Assembly: GCA_050633245.1 (NCBI GenBank)
Contig: JBOEGD010000010.1
Coordinates: 32,001 to 96,000, forward strand
Source of the DNA: Calditrichia bacterium
Lineage (GTDB): Bacteria > Calditrichota > Calditrichia > RBG-13-44-9 > J075
Direction of reading: 5' to 3'
Length of the DNA stretch: 64,000 bases
Shown here piece after piece: positions 9,899 through 20,248 of the stretch. Made by a program: the position numbers and the translations under genes. The notes beneath the pieces are model-generated. The model searched no databases and was not told the DNA's origin. It saw only the letters and a program-made list of their open reading frames with translations. How positions within the stretch are numbered: position 1 is the first letter of the stretch; each line of letters begins with the position of its first letter.

Positions 9899-11173
9899 AT
9901 GCAGTGTGAATTGAAAGAACTTGAGAAGAATCTTCGCCAAATAGATATCGAAATCGATACCGAAGAACTGGTTGAGATAGAAAAGAAAGTTATTCGCGAT
10001 ATCCAAAAGACGGCGGTTGTTCCCGGATTTCGTAAAGGTAAAGTACCTTCCGGCTTAATAAAGAAGCGGTATGCCGACGTTATTCAGACTGAAGTTCTGG
10101 AAAAAGCTGTTAGTGAATTCTACGGAAAGGCTCTCGATCAGGTAGATATTAAGCCAATTGCCCAGGGATCCATTACAAATATTGATTATAATGGCGTCCC
10201 AACCGGATTGAAGTTTACAATTGAGGTTGAAGTCGAGCCTGTTATCGAATTAAAAAAATACAAGAAATTGAAGCTGGAAAAAGAAGTCGCCGACGTAACC
10301 GAAGATATGATCGGTGAGGCACTTGAAGATATGCGACGCCATTTCGCCACCACCAAGGAAGTTGAGAAAGCCGTTGAAGGCAGTCTGCTTAAGGTAGAAC
10401 TTCAGGAACTTGGTGAAGGCGATACGCCGGTTATTGGTCGAAAATACGAAGACGTTGCTATCGAAATTGGCAGCGGTAAGTTCGACGAAGAAATGGAAAA
10501 GCAGTTAGTTGGCGCAAAAGTCGATGAAGAGCGCGTTATCCGCGGAACAAGCCCCTCTCCCGACCCGGAAAAACCGGGAGAGGCTATTTCTTATAAGGCA
10601 ACGATTAAATCTGTTGAAGAGCAGGAAATTCCGCCGCTGGATGACGAGCTGGCAAAAAGCCTTCAAGATGATCAGATCGAGACTCTTGACCAGTTGAAAT
10701 TGCGTGTAAAGGAAAATCTGCAGGCCAATTTAGATCGCCGTGGTAAGCAGCAATTCACAACTCGCCTGATAGACGAACTGCTTAAAGAGAATCCCTTCGA
10801 CGCTCCGGAAGCTATGGTAAATAATTACCTAGATCATGTGTTAAACGATCTGAAGCAGAAAAACCCCGATGCTCAAATGGATGAGGAATCTCTTCGCAAA
10901 AAATATCGACCGGATGCAATTCACAGTATTCGCTGGCATCTGCTAAAGCAGAAGCTCATTGAAGTCGAAAGTTTGGAAGTCACAGACGACGACATCAAGG
11001 AACGCATAAATTCCTTTGGTATGGGCGGCGCGGAAGCAGAAAAGATCTTTCAGGACATGAGCTTTCTTGGCAGAATGAAGGAAGATCTGATTGAAGAAAA
11101 ACTTCTGACATTTTTGGAAGAACATGCAAACGTTACTGAGATTCAAGCAAAACCCGCTGCTGTAGAGGCCTGA
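9899..11173 (+). CDS. tig: Trigger factor
   Basis: Ribosome-binding signature PGFRKGKVP; lies upstream of clpP. Confidence 0.93.
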   Translation: MQCELKELEKNLRQIDIEIDTEELVEIEKKVIRDIQKTAVVPGFRKGKVPSGLIKKRYADVIQTEVLEKAVSEFYGKALDQVDIKPIAQGSITNIDYNGVPTGLKFTIEVEVEPVIELKKYKKLKLEKEVADVTEDMIGEALEDMRRHFATTKEVEKAVEGSLLKVELQELGEGDTPVIGRKYEDVAIEIGSGKFDEEMEKQLVGAKVDEERVIRGTSPSPDPEKPGEAISYKATIKSVEEQEIPPLDDELAKSLQDDQIETLDQLKLRVKENLQANLDRRGKQQFTTRLIDELLKENPFDAPEAMVNNYLDHVLNDLKQKNPDAQMDEESLRKKYRPDAIHSIRWHLLKQKLIEVESLEVTDDDIKERINSFGMGGAEAEKIFQDMSFLGRMKEDLIEEKLLTFLEEHANVTEIQAKPAAVEA

Positions 11174-11299
11174 TCGCAAAATAATGTACGGTTCTACGGC
11201 TCCAAACAGGCCGCTTGAACAGTGCAGGTCGAAAGCGTGACAATGAACAATTAATGAACCCCTTTAAGCAGTTACATTCTATTTTACGGAGGAATATCG

Positions 11300-11896
11300 A
11301 TGCCTTTAGTTCCAATGGTAATCGAACAGTCGGGAAGAGGTGAACGCGCATTTGATATCTATTCGCGCCTGTTAAAAGAACGAATTATTTTTCTTGGTAC
11401 ACCAATAGATGACAATATCGCCAGTCTTATTATAGCTCAGCTGCTGTTTTTGGAAGCAGATGACCCCGATAAAGATATCTATTTATACATAAACAGCCCC
11501 GGTGGCATGGTTACTTCCGGACTGGCAATTTACGACACGATGCAGTATATTAAGCCAGACGTTGTAACCAACTGCATTGGTCAGGCAGCAAGCATGGGTG
11601 CAATCCTTCTTGCAGCCGGCACCAAGGGAAAGCGTTTTTCGCTGCCAAACTCCCGAATTATGATTCATCAGCCTCTGGGCGGCGTTGAAGGTCAAGCAAC
11701 TGACATTGATATCCACGCAAAAGAGATTTTGAAGATTCGCAAGCGCCTGAACGAGATTCTGGCTGAAACCAGCGGACAATCAATAGAGCGCATCGAAGAA
11801 GATACCGATCGCAACTTTTTCATGACTGCCGCGCAAGGTCTCGAATACGGCCTGATCGACGAGATTCTGGTTCGTCGCAATGACGACAAAAAATAA
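11300..11896 (+). CDS. clpP: ATP-dependent Clp protease proteolytic subunit
   Basis: [27 protein letters not shown] and MIHQP. Confidence 0.97.
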   Translation: MPLVPMVIEQSGRGERAFDIYSRLLKERIIFLGTPIDDNIASLIIAQLLFLEADDPDKDIYLYINSPGGMVTSGLAIYDTMQYIKPDVVTNCIGQAASMGAILLAAGTKGKRFSLPNSRIMIHQPLGGVEGQATDIDIHAKEILKIRKRLNEILAETSGQSIERIEEDTDRNFFMTAAQGLEYGLIDEILVRRNDDKK

Positions 11897-11917
11897 CACG
11901 TTAAGTGGATACCGACC

Positions 11918-13165
11918 ATGTCTGACAGAGAATATTTCGAATATCAGTCCCAATGCTCATTTTGTAATCGCCGTGCCGACCAGGTAGCACAACTTGTTAC
12001 CGGTACGGCAGCAAGCATTTGTGAAAACTGTATTCAAAGTGCCAGTGAGGTACTGAACAAGTCCCGCTACAATCAGTTTCAAAAGGGTGAGTTCAAATTA
12101 CCAAAGCCACGCGAGATCAAAACCTTTCTCGATCAGTTTGTTATCGGACAGGATAAGGCCAAAATTGCCCTGTCCGTAGCGGTTTACAACCACTACAAGC
12201 GCATTACCCTCGAGTCTTTTGATGATGGCATAGAACTCGAGAAAAGCAATATTCTCATGATTGGCCCAACCGGAACCGGTAAAACCTTTCTGGCTCAGAC
12301 GCTTGCCAGACTGCTTCAGGTTCCCTTTTCAATTTCGGACGCCACAACTCTTACCGAAGCAGGTTATGTCGGTGAAGACGTAGAGAACATTCTGGTTCGC
12401 CTCTATCAATCTTCAAATTATGATGTCGCGGCTACACAACGCGGAATCGTCTATATCGATGAAATTGATAAGATTGCACGTAAATCAGGCAGTCCCTCTA
12501 TCACCCGCGATGTTTCTGGTGAAGGTGTGCAGCAGGCCTTGCTGAAGATTCTTGAAGGAACAGTTTCTGCAATTCCTCCCAAGGGTGGTCGCAAGCATCC
12601 TGAAGCTCCAATGGTTCATATCGATACCCGCAATATTCTGTTTATCTGTGGTGGTGCCTTCGACGGACTCGAACCAATTATTTCGAAGCGAATGGGCGAC
12701 AATACGATTGGCTTTGGAGCTCAACTTTCCTCTGAGGAAGAGCCAAATGAAAAACGTGCGATGGAACTCGTTGAGCCGGACGATTTAATGCATTTTGGGC
12801 TGATACCCGAACTGATTGGTCGGCTGCCGGTACTGTGTGGCTTACACCATCTTGGCGAGAAAGAACTGCTTGCCATTCTGGTTGAACCAAAGAATTCTCT
12901 CATCAAGCAATACAAGAAGCTTTTCTCTCTGGAAGGCGTCGAGCTGAAGTTCACCGAGAAAGCATTAAAAGAAATTGTGCGGCTGGCACATGAACGCAAA
13001 ACCGGCGCTCGCGGCTTGCGCAGCATCCTTGAGAAGGTGATGTTGAACGTAATGTTCGATGTGCCCTCACTCGACAACGCTCAGGAATGCTTGATTACCG
13101 AAAAGGTTATTCTTGGCAAGGCCGAACCTACGCTGAAAATGGGGAAATCCCGCCAGTCAGCCTGA
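11918..13165 (+). CDS. clpX: Clp protease ATP-binding subunit
   Basis: C4 zinc finger, [22 protein letters not shown] and IGF loop. Confidence 0.97.
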   Translation: MSDREYFEYQSQCSFCNRRADQVAQLVTGTAASICENCIQSASEVLNKSRYNQFQKGEFKLPKPREIKTFLDQFVIGQDKAKIALSVAVYNHYKRITLESFDDGIELEKSNILMIGPTGTGKTFLAQTLARLLQVPFSISDATTLTEAGYVGEDVENILVRLYQSSNYDVAATQRGIVYIDEIDKIARKSGSPSITRDVSGEGVQQALLKILEGTVSAIPPKGGRKHPEAPMVHIDTRNILFICGGAFDGLEPIISKRMGDNTIGFGAQLSSEEEPNEKRAMELVEPDDLMHFGLIPELIGRLPVLCGLHHLGEKELLAILVEPKNSLIKQYKKLFSLEGVELKFTEKALKEIVRLAHERKTGARGLRSILEKVMLNVMFDVPSLDNAQECLITEKVILGKAEPTLKMGKSRQSA

Positions 13166-13280
13166 CCCGCTCCAACGTTTGCGGACATTATTTAGAGATC
13201 CGCTCGTATACCAAGTATAATAGAACTCCCGCTCCTTATTGCGGGATTTTTATTCTCAACACCACGGAAAATTCTACCCT

Positions 13281-15629
13281 ATGGAAAAAAAATCATCCCG
13301 CAGTAAAAGCGACGAGCTTCCGGAGATACCTCAAAAACTACCACTACTTCCAATAAGGGATCTGGTGGTTTTTCCGCATTCAGTAGTTCCTCTGCTGGTA
13401 GGACGAGACAAGTCTCTTGCTGCGATACAAAGCGCCAAAGAAAACGGCAACTATCTGATGGTAGCTACGCAAAAAGACTCTGAGAAAGAGAATATCAAAG
13501 CCAGTGATATCTTTCGCGTCGGAACCGTTAGCAAGATTTTACAGGTTTTAGAATTCCCCAATGGCCACTCAAAGGTGGTTGTAGAAGGTATTGTAAGAGC
13601 ACATGCCAGTCGCTTCGTGCGAAACAGCGCTTTCTTTCAAACGAACATCAACGTCTTTAACGAAGCTGACATCTTATTTTCAGAAGTACAGATTAAGCAG
13701 CTGTTCTACTACTTTCAGGAATACATCAACTTTACTCCGGAATTACCCGACGAAATTATAGAACACCTCCGTCAACAGGGCAGCCCACTACGAATGATCG
13801 ATTTTGTCGCACTGAACATTCAATCCGATACGCCTCAAAAACAGAAGATTCTTTCAGAAGCCGATCCCGATAAACGCTTACAGCTTCTGTTAGACACGCT
13901 ACAGCAGTTGATTGGTTATCATCGCGTACGCCAGGATATTGATTCACGCGTTCAGGAAAACCTTCTCAAGAACCAGCGTAATTATTATCTACAGGAAAAG
14001 CTGCGCGTCATCAACCGCGAGCTGGGTGAGGAAGAAGAACAGTCCCCTGAGATTTTAAAGCTCGAAAAAGATCTGGAAGCAGCAAATTTACCTGAGCACG
14101 CTCATGCCAAGGCCAGTGAAGAATTACAAAAACTTAAGAAGATGCCGGCATTTTCACCGGAATACACCGTAGTTCGCAACTATCTTGACGTTATGCTTCA
14201 AATCCCATGGACAAAGCAGACAGAAGATCAGCTGGACATCAATAAAGCGGGAGATGTGCTGGATCGCGATCACTATGGCCTTAAGAAGCCAAAAGAACGC
14301 ATTCTCGAACACCTCGCTGTTTTAAAACGCGTCGGCAGTATGAAAGGCCCAATACTTTGCCTGGTTGGCCCTCCGGGGGTCGGTAAAACCTCGCTTGGTA
14401 AATCGGTAGCTGAAGCATTGAATCGCAACTTTGTGCGCGTTTCGCTTGGTGGTGTTCGCGATGAAGCAGAAATTCGCGGTCATCGTCGCACCTACATCGG
14501 CTCGATGCCTGGTAAAATCGTTCAATCGATGCGTAAGGCAGGCACGCGCAATCCGGTCTTCCTGCTGGATGAAATAGATAAGATGACTTCCGACTTTCGC
14601 GGCGATCCCGGATCAGCTCTCTTGGAGGTGCTCGATCCGGAACAGAATAAAACCTTCAACGATCACTATCTGGATGTCGATTACGATCTATCCGATGTGT
14701 TTTTTATTACAACAGCCAATGTGCAGAGCCAGATTCCCCTCCCCTTGCAAGATCGTATGGAAGTGATTCAACTGCCCGGTTATCTGGAACATGAGAAGGT
14801 TCGCATTGCTGAAGACCACCTCATTCCCAAACAGCGCAAAGCACATGGTCTTTCCGCCAAAGAAATGGGCTTAAAGCGTCCGGCACTACTACGCGTTATT
14901 CGAGAATACACCCGTGAAGCTGGTGTGCGTAATTTGGAACGTGAACTTGCAAATCTTTGTCGTAAGGTTGTGAAACAACTCGCCTCAGACAGCAAGAAGA
15001 AGTCAGTAAACATTGCAGCAAGTAAGATTGGAGACTTTTTGGGCAAACCGAAGTTTCTCGATCGCAAGGCCGACCTTACCGAAGCCGTTGGTTCTGCTAC
15101 CGGCCTGGCCTGGACGGCCTATGGCGGTGACGTTCTAAAGATTGAGGTGAGCATGCTTCCGGGTAAAGGTAAGCTAAGCCTAACCGGAACGCTTGGTGAT
15201 GTAATGAAGGAGTCGGCTCAAACAGCACTCAGCTTTGTGCGATCTATTGCCAGTGACCTGAAGATTTCGCATAAAACATTCGAAAAGAACGATCTGCACA
15301 TTCACCTGCCGGAAGGCGCTGTGCCAAAGGATGGTCCATCTGCCGGCGTTACGCTGGCAGTTGCGCTAATCTCGGCTCTTACCGGACGACGCGTACGTAA
15401 TGATATTGCCATGACCGGTGAAATCACCTTACGCGGACATGTTTTAGCCGTTGGCGGCATTAACGAAAAGCTGTTAGCCGCTCAGCGTAACGGTATCAAA
15501 ACGGTCATTTTACCGGCAGAGAATGAAAAGGAAGTTGATGATTTGCCTAAAGAAATTTCCGATGGTATCACAATTGTTCAGGCCAAGGAATTTAAGGACG
15601 TTATGAAAAAAGTTCTTCTAAAAGCCTAA
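13281..15629 (+). CDS. lon: Lon protease
   Basis: LON N-domain, GPPGVGKTS and catalytic [11 protein letters not shown] 13281 chosen as start. Confidence 0.96.
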   Translation: MEKKSSRSKSDELPEIPQKLPLLPIRDLVVFPHSVVPLLVGRDKSLAAIQSAKENGNYLMVATQKDSEKENIKASDIFRVGTVSKILQVLEFPNGHSKVVVEGIVRAHASRFVRNSAFFQTNINVFNEADILFSEVQIKQLFYYFQEYINFTPELPDEIIEHLRQQGSPLRMIDFVALNIQSDTPQKQKILSEADPDKRLQLLLDTLQQLIGYHRVRQDIDSRVQENLLKNQRNYYLQEKLRVINRELGEEEEQSPEILKLEKDLEAANLPEHAHAKASEELQKLKKMPAFSPEYTVVRNYLDVMLQIPWTKQTEDQLDINKAGDVLDRDHYGLKKPKERILEHLAVLKRVGSMKGPILCLVGPPGVGKTSLGKSVAEALNRNFVRVSLGGVRDEAEIRGHRRTYIGSMPGKIVQSMRKAGTRNPVFLLDEIDKMTSDFRGDPGSALLEVLDPEQNKTFNDHYLDVDYDLSDVFFITTANVQSQIPLPLQDRMEVIQLPGYLEHEKVRIAEDHLIPKQRKAHGLSAKEMGLKRPALLRVIREYTREAGVRNLERELANLCRKVVKQLASDSKKKSVNIAASKIGDFLGKPKFLDRKADLTEAVGSATGLAWTAYGGDVLKIEVSMLPGKGKLSLTGTLGDVMKESAQTALSFVRSIASDLKISHKTFEKNDLHIHLPEGAVPKDGPSAGVTLAVALISALTGRRVRNDIAMTGEITLRGHVLAVGGINEKLLAAQRNGIKTVILPAENEKEVDDLPKEISDGITIVQAKEFKDVMKKVLLKA

Positions 15630-15653
15630 CTTTTATCTTGGCCATCCCCCTAT

Positions 15654-15691
15654 AAAAAAGGCCGTTCCGTAATTACGGAACGGCCTTTTTT
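15654..15691. terminator. Bidirectional terminator between lon and the esterase gene
   Basis: AAAAAAGGCCGTTCCGT-aatt-ACGGAACGGCCTTTTTT, a perfect palindrome. Confidence 0.85.
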
Positions 15692-15720
15692 ATATCATAA
15701 TAGTTGACGCATAGCTTCAC

Positions 15721-15832
15721 TACATCTCACGTCTTAAAACTACCGTTTTCTATCTTGCGTCTCTTTTCTGCCGTCTGTTATCTTACGTCTTCTATCTTAC
15801 GTCTTCTATCTGCCGTCTTCTATCTTACGTCT
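15721..15832. repeat. Heptamer tandem array (16 x 7 nt, nnnATCT/nnCGTCT alternating)
   Basis: tacatct cacgtct taaaact accgttt tctatct tgcgtct cttttct gccgtct gttatct tacgtct tctatct tacgtct tctatct gccgtct tctatct tacgtct. Confidence 0.85.
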
Positions 15833-15833
15833 C

Positions 15834-16562
15834 TTAGATTTTCTCCAGAAAATAGGGTAACATACTACGCCATGTCGGCCAGTCGTGGCCCATATCGTGT
15901 CCCCACAGATCCAGCCAGTGCGGAATGCCTTTACCGTGCAATACTTCAGAGAGTTGCACCGAGCGCTCCGGCGCCTCGTAGTTACCCTGCCCGGTGGCAA
16001 TAATAATCCGCTTGTTGTTGCGCATCTGGTTAAGCATATGCTCATCATTCCAATTCGACAAATAATCTACCGGTGAGTTGAAGTAGACATTTTCATCGAA
16101 GTACCCTTTGGAGTAGGACTTCAGATCATAGCTGCCACTCATTGCGATGGTTCCGGCAAACAGATCAGGGCGGCGAAAGAAGTTATTCGCACAGTGCAGT
16201 GCTCCAAGAGAAGCACCAGTCGTCACAATCGGAACCTCACTCTGGCAGTGTGTGTGAATAAACGGCACCACTTCCTGAGTAATGTAATTGTTGTACTGCT
16301 GATGTCGCACCGCCTTGTCGTAGGGATGCATATTGTTGTTCAACCAGCTTTCATTGTTGATGCTGTTGATGGAAAAAGCTTTCATTTTTCCGGAATCAAT
16401 GAAATGTCCAATTGCATCGATCAGCTGAAATCGTTCATATTCCAAAAAGTCCGCAGCCGCAGTTGGGAACATCAACAGAGCATTGCCATAGTGGCCGTAA
16501 ACAACAATCTCCATATCTTTGTGGAGATTGGGGCTCCACCACTTGTGAATTTCTCTGTGCAT
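15834..16562 (-). CDS. Putative esterase (alpha/beta hydrolase)
   Basis: Nucleophile elbow GASLG and C-terminal HDWPTW. AGAGG RBS before ATG 16562 (MHREIHKW). Confidence 0.85.
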   Translation of the reverse strand: MHREIHKWWSPNLHKDMEIVVYGHYGNALLMFPTAAADFLEYERFQLIDAIGHFIDSGKMKAFSINSINNESWLNNNMHPYDKAVRHQQYNNYITQEVVPFIHTHCQSEVPIVTTGASLGALHCANNFFRRPDLFAGTIAMSGSYDLKSYSKGYFDENVYFNSPVDYLSNWNDEHMLNQMRNNKRIIIATGQGNYEAPERSVQLSEVLHGKGIPHWLDLWGHDMGHDWPTWRSMLPYFLEKI

Positions 16563-16673
16563 AGGTAATCCTCTATATATGTTTTCTATTGTGTTTTTAG
16601 CTCGGTAGTCCATTTCTGAGCGAGAGAGGAAAATATACGAAGGGGATATGAAATCTCAATGGGTAAAAAAAAG

Positions 16674-16846
16674 TACAGGGCAGAACACAAAATACAGAAC
16701 TCAGAACTCAAATGGAGCGCGGGTAGCGGGTGAAAAGGCCACACAGTTAACGTATATGAGAGGGTGTATGGAAGATAAGGAGAGGGGCGAAAAAACGACA
16801 GATTAAAGACGGCATAGAATATTAATGCCTCAGTGCCTCAGTGCCT
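16674..16846. repeat. Patchwork of short degenerate tandem repeats
   Basis: cagaaca caaaata cagaact cagaact; aaacgac agattaa agacggc; gcctcagt gcctcagt gcct. Confidence 0.5.
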
Positions 16847-16850
16847 TATC

Positions 16851-16881
16851 AAAAAAAAAGGAGCCCCAAAACGAGGCCCCC
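16851..16881 (-). terminator. Intrinsic terminator of the DUF4097 gene
   Basis: On -: GGGGCCTCGTTTTGGGGCTCC followed by T9. Confidence 0.75.
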
Positions 16882-16915
16882 ACTCTAATATTGCTCAAGC
16901 TAATAATCAAATTAA

Positions 16916-17635
16916 TCAATCATCCCGAGTGACAGTTCCACTTACATTACGGATAGTGACACTGCCGCTACCGGCATCACCAACATAGACATCTTTCGAT
17001 ACCGTGTCAATTGTGATGCTACCACTGCCGTCATCTTCGATGACGACGCTACCATCGACATTATTGATCGTCAAGCTACCGCTGCCATCATCAACTTCTA
17101 CCGTACCGGCAATATCTTCGATCGTAAGTCGGCCGCTACCGTCATCAATGCGCAGCTTTCCTGCAATATTGCGAACCCTCAGCTCACCACTGCCATCATC
17201 AATCTCAACATCTCCACGGATATTCTCGATCAGCGTAGAGCCGCTACCATCATCAATATCCATATCCATTTGCTTTGGCACTCTCACTTCCAGATCGACT
17301 GATACATACCCACTGCCAAACCACCGCCAGTTGCTGGTGTTTTCAACTTTTAGTAACGCATTTTTACCACGCTGCTTTAATGTAAAAATCAGCTTCTTAT
17401 CCACGTAGGTATTCAGATCTTCTTCGTCCATATTCTTACCGGATATCTTGGCATGAACAGTAATCTCATCAGCACCTTCCACACCGGTAACGTGTAATTC
17501 ACCACTGCCTACATCGATTTTCATATAGTCAATTGAGTTGGCGTCTAATGTCAGGTTACGTTCGATATAATCTTGCGCCATCAGGCTCCCGCCCAAAATA
17601 AGGCTCATTAAGATAGTCGTAAACATTGTTTTCAT
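16916..17635 (-). CDS. Exported DUF4097/adhesin-like beta-solenoid protein
   Basis: Signal peptide MKTMFTTIL; ~19-aa repeats with D(D)GSG. AAGGAG RBS before ATG 17635. Confidence 0.8.
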   Translation of the reverse strand: MKTMFTTILMSLILGGSLMAQDYIERNLTLDANSIDYMKIDVGSGELHVTGVEGADEITVHAKISGKNMDEEDLNTYVDKKLIFTLKQRGKNALLKVENTSNWRWFGSGYVSVDLEVRVPKQMDMDIDDGSGSTLIENIRGDVEIDDGSGELRVRNIAGKLRIDDGSGRLTIEDIAGTVEVDDGSGSLTINNVDGSVVIEDDGSGSITIDTVSKDVYVGDAGSGSVTIRNVSGTVTRDD

Positions 17636-17710
17636 TTGAGTCTCCTTGCTTTTGCATTTAATCAGACTACTGGTATAACATGGAAAAAGTTGCATTTCGG
17701 CAAGTAGCGA

Positions 17711-17751
17711 GTGGCAAAAAGCTAGACGCGAGATGTCAGATGCGAGACGAG
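17711..17751. repeat. Left heptamer-based repeat flanking the four-helix-bundle gene
   Basis: gtggcaa aaagct agacgcg agatgtc agatgcg agacgag; inverted relative to 18251-18275. Confidence 0.55.
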
Positions 17752-17877
17752 CCAAGCGTATTAAGTTCGGTTGGATTCTATAATAGCAGTTATCAAGGCG
17801 AATGGCGAATAATTTAATTTTCAAAAAAAGGTTAAAATGATAGAAGTAATAGTGAAACCAATTTGGAAGGTTATTGG

Positions 17878-18246
17878 ATGGCTCGTCTACTAAAATTATC
17901 TCATAAATCGTTGGATGCATGGAAAGAAGCAATGCTCTTGTTAAAATTAACTTATAAAGAAACATCTTTTTTCCCACTGGTAGAGAGGTACGGACTTACT
18001 GCGCACTGTAGAAAAACCGCAACCTCGATTGTATCAAATATTGCGGAAGGGGCATCCAGAAAGACAATGAAAGAAAAAGCGCGGTTTTTCGAGATCGCAA
18101 GATCATCCCTTGTTGAGTTGGACACTCAATTTGAAATAGCTGAAAGCCTAGGATATATGAATCACCATTCAACTGAAAGGCTTGTATCAAGCTTTGGAAA
18201 AACTTTTGCACTTATTTCCGGACTAATCAAAGCCAATCGAAAATAA
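17878..18246 (+). CDS. Four helix bundle protein (23S rRNA IVP family)
   Basis: L.AW, FP..ERYGLT..R..A.SI.SNIAEG, RFFEIARSSL.EL.TQ and LGY motifs. Confidence 0.9.
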   Translation: MARLLKLSHKSLDAWKEAMLLLKLTYKETSFFPLVERYGLTAHCRKTATSIVSNIAEGASRKTMKEKARFFEIARSSLVELDTQFEIAESLGYMNHHSTERLVSSFGKTFALISGLIKANRK

Positions 18247-18250
18247 ACTC

Positions 18251-18275
18251 CTTCTTGCGTCTTGCGTCTTGCCAC
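18251..18275. repeat. Right heptamer-based repeat flanking the four-helix-bundle gene
   Basis: cttct tgcgtct tgcgtct tgccac; its reverse complement matches 17711-17735 at 20/25. Confidence 0.55.
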
Positions 18276-18293
18276 CCCAGATTCACGAACAAC

Positions 18294-18322
18294 TTGACAT
18301 CCTCGCTGAAATAGGCTAAAAT
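18294..18322 (+). promoter_or_regulatory. Sigma70-type promoter of pruA
   Basis: TTGACA-N17-TAAAAT. Confidence 0.75.
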
Positions 18323-18399
18323 GCTGGTCGGTTTTTTCCGATAATAAAACTTTAAATTTCCGATAAAACACTACATTCTATTACAGGAGGAAAAGCGTT

Positions 18400-20031
18400 A
18401 TGTCCAATGCCTTCTTTAAAGTACCATCTCCAGTAAATGAACCCGTTCTACCCTATGGACCGGGCAGCGCAGAAAAAGCTGACATCCGTGCTAAGCTAGC
18501 GGAACTGAAAGCGAATCCTGTAGAAATTCCAATAATTATTGCCGGTGAAGAAATTAAAACCGGACGCATGGCAGAAATAACTGCCCCGCACGATCACTCC
18601 ATTAAACTTGGTAGTTATCATAAGGCAGGTGAAAAAGAAGTGAACATGGCTATCGAGGCCTGCCTGGCTGCACAGGCGGAATGGGCAGCACTGCCCTGGG
18701 AGCACCGTGCATCGGTCTTCCTGCGTGCCGCTGAGCTGCTTGCAGGACCATGGCGTTCCACTATCAATGCCGCAACAATGTTAGGACAGTCCAAAACTGT
18801 CTTTCAGGCAGAGATCGACTCCGCCTGTGAACTTATCGACTTCTGGCGCTTCAATGCCTACTACATGACCCAACTAATGGCCGATCAGCCTGAATCTTCA
18901 CCTGGTGTTTGGAATCGCGTTGAATACCGTCCTCTGGAGGGTTTTGTATTTGCCGTTACCCCTTTTAACTTTACATCTATCGCAGGTAACCTGCCAACCG
19001 CTCCGGCAATGGTAGGCTGTACTGCACTTTGGAAGCCGGCATCAAGCGCAGTTTATTCGGCCTACTTCCTGATGAAGCTTCTGGAAGAAGCTGGTCTGCC
19101 AAAAGGCGTTGTAAACTTTGTTCCCGGTTCTGGTGGCGAAGTAGGCAACCCCGTAATGGCAAGCCCGGATCTTGCAGGTGTTCACTTTACCGGTTCCACC
19201 AGCGTTTTTCAGGGCATGTGGAAAACTATTGGCGACAACATTCATAACATGAAGTATTATCCACGCGTGGTTGGTGAAACCGGTGGTAAAGACTTTATTT
19301 TTGCGCATCCAACTGCAGATCTTGAGCCGCTGGTAATTGCAGCGCTGCGCGGCGCGTTTGAATATCAGGGGCAGAAGTGTTCTGCCGCGTCGCGAATGTA
19401 TATTCCGAAATCGATGTATGCAGATTTCAAATCCCGCTATGTTGCTGAAGTAAACAAGGTCAAAGTTGGTGATGTGGAAGACTTTACCAACTTTATGGGC
19501 GCTGTTATCGACAAGGGAGCCTTTCGCAGCATTACCGAATACATCGACTACGCGGCTGAGAGTAATGAAGCGGAATTCATTACCGGTGGAAAATATGACG
19601 ATTCAAAGGGTTGGTTTATTGAGCCGACAACGATCGTTACAACCAATCCGACATTCAAAACCATGGCTGAAGAAATATTTGGCCCGGTTTTAACTATTTT
19701 TGTCTACGATGACGACAAGCTGGACGAAACGCTTGATCTCTGTGATACCACCTCAATGTATGCGCTCACCGGAGCCATCTGGGCAAAAGATCGCGCTGCT
19801 GTGGTAATGATGGCAGACCGTCTGCGCAATACAGCAGGTAACTTTTACATTAACGATAAGCCTACCGGAGCCGTTGTTGGACAGCAGCCATTTGGTGGTG
19901 GGCGTGCTTCAGGAACGAATGACAAAGCAGGTAGCGCCATGAACCTGCTGCGCTGGATGAGCGTGCGTACAATGAAAGAGACGCTGGTTCCGCCGGTTAA
20001 GTGGGACTATCCGTTTATGGGTGAGAAGTAA
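18400..20031 (+). CDS. pruA: L-glutamate gamma-semialdehyde (P5C) dehydrogenase
   Basis: EIDSACELIDFWRFN, GETGGK, FEYQGQKCSA and QQPFGGGRASGTNDKAG. Confidence 0.95.
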   Translation: MSNAFFKVPSPVNEPVLPYGPGSAEKADIRAKLAELKANPVEIPIIIAGEEIKTGRMAEITAPHDHSIKLGSYHKAGEKEVNMAIEACLAAQAEWAALPWEHRASVFLRAAELLAGPWRSTINAATMLGQSKTVFQAEIDSACELIDFWRFNAYYMTQLMADQPESSPGVWNRVEYRPLEGFVFAVTPFNFTSIAGNLPTAPAMVGCTALWKPASSAVYSAYFLMKLLEEAGLPKGVVNFVPGSGGEVGNPVMASPDLAGVHFTGSTSVFQGMWKTIGDNIHNMKYYPRVVGETGGKDFIFAHPTADLEPLVIAALRGAFEYQGQKCSAASRMYIPKSMYADFKSRYVAEVNKVKVGDVEDFTNFMGAVIDKGAFRSITEYIDYAAESNEAEFITGGKYDDSKGWFIEPTTIVTTNPTFKTMAEEIFGPVLTIFVYDDDKLDETLDLCDTTSMYALTGAIWAKDRAAVVMMADRLRNTAGNFYINDKPTGAVVGQQPFGGGRASGTNDKAGSAMNLLRWMSVRTMKETLVPPVKWDYPFMGEK

Positions 20032-20058
20032 ATCGCCTGAAAAAATATTGTAAAATGT

Positions 20059-20099
20059 AAAAAGGCCGGTTCGTCTACTTCTGACGAACCGGCCTTTTT
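20059..20099. terminator. 41-bp hairpin terminator, copy 1
   Basis: AAAAAGGCCGGTTCGTCTACTTCTGACGAACCGGCCTTTTT. Confidence 0.85.
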
Positions 20100-20118
20100 G
20101 TTTAGACTGAATCCTTTT

Positions 20119-20133
20119 TAATAATCATTATCA
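20119..20133. promoter_or_regulatory. Fur-box-like operator
   Basis: TAATAATCATTATCA versus the 7-1-7 consensus TGATAATnATTATCA (one mismatch), upstream of the TonB receptor. Confidence 0.65.
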
Positions 20134-20248
20134 AAGAGGAATCATTCTGCCTAAACAACAATTGTCCAATATATGAGGCGTTGATGGATTTTCTCCCCTT
20201 TGCTACTTTTATGTGAGTTTATAAGTAACACTACTGTAAAGGGTAATT

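Noticed and set aside
15721-15832. Possible CRISPR array
   Set aside because: The period is 7/14 nt with no unique spacers, and there are no cas genes.
15704-16003. 99-aa ORF with SILRL repeats
   Set aside because: It is a translation of the heptamer array and antisense to the esterase; no RBS.
17661-17695. TGCAAC...GTCTGA upstream of the DUF4097 gene as another copy of the ECF motif
   Set aside because: Spacing is 4 nt longer than in the two matched copies; it may belong to a different ECF but cannot be supported here.
17636-17977. Long N-terminal extension of the DUF4097 ORF
   Set aside because: It overlaps the four-helix-bundle gene and repeats; RBS and signal peptide support the start at 17635.
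17878-18246. Diversity-generating retroelement (Avd-like gene)
   Set aside because: No reverse transcriptase and no TR/VR repeat pair seen in the window.
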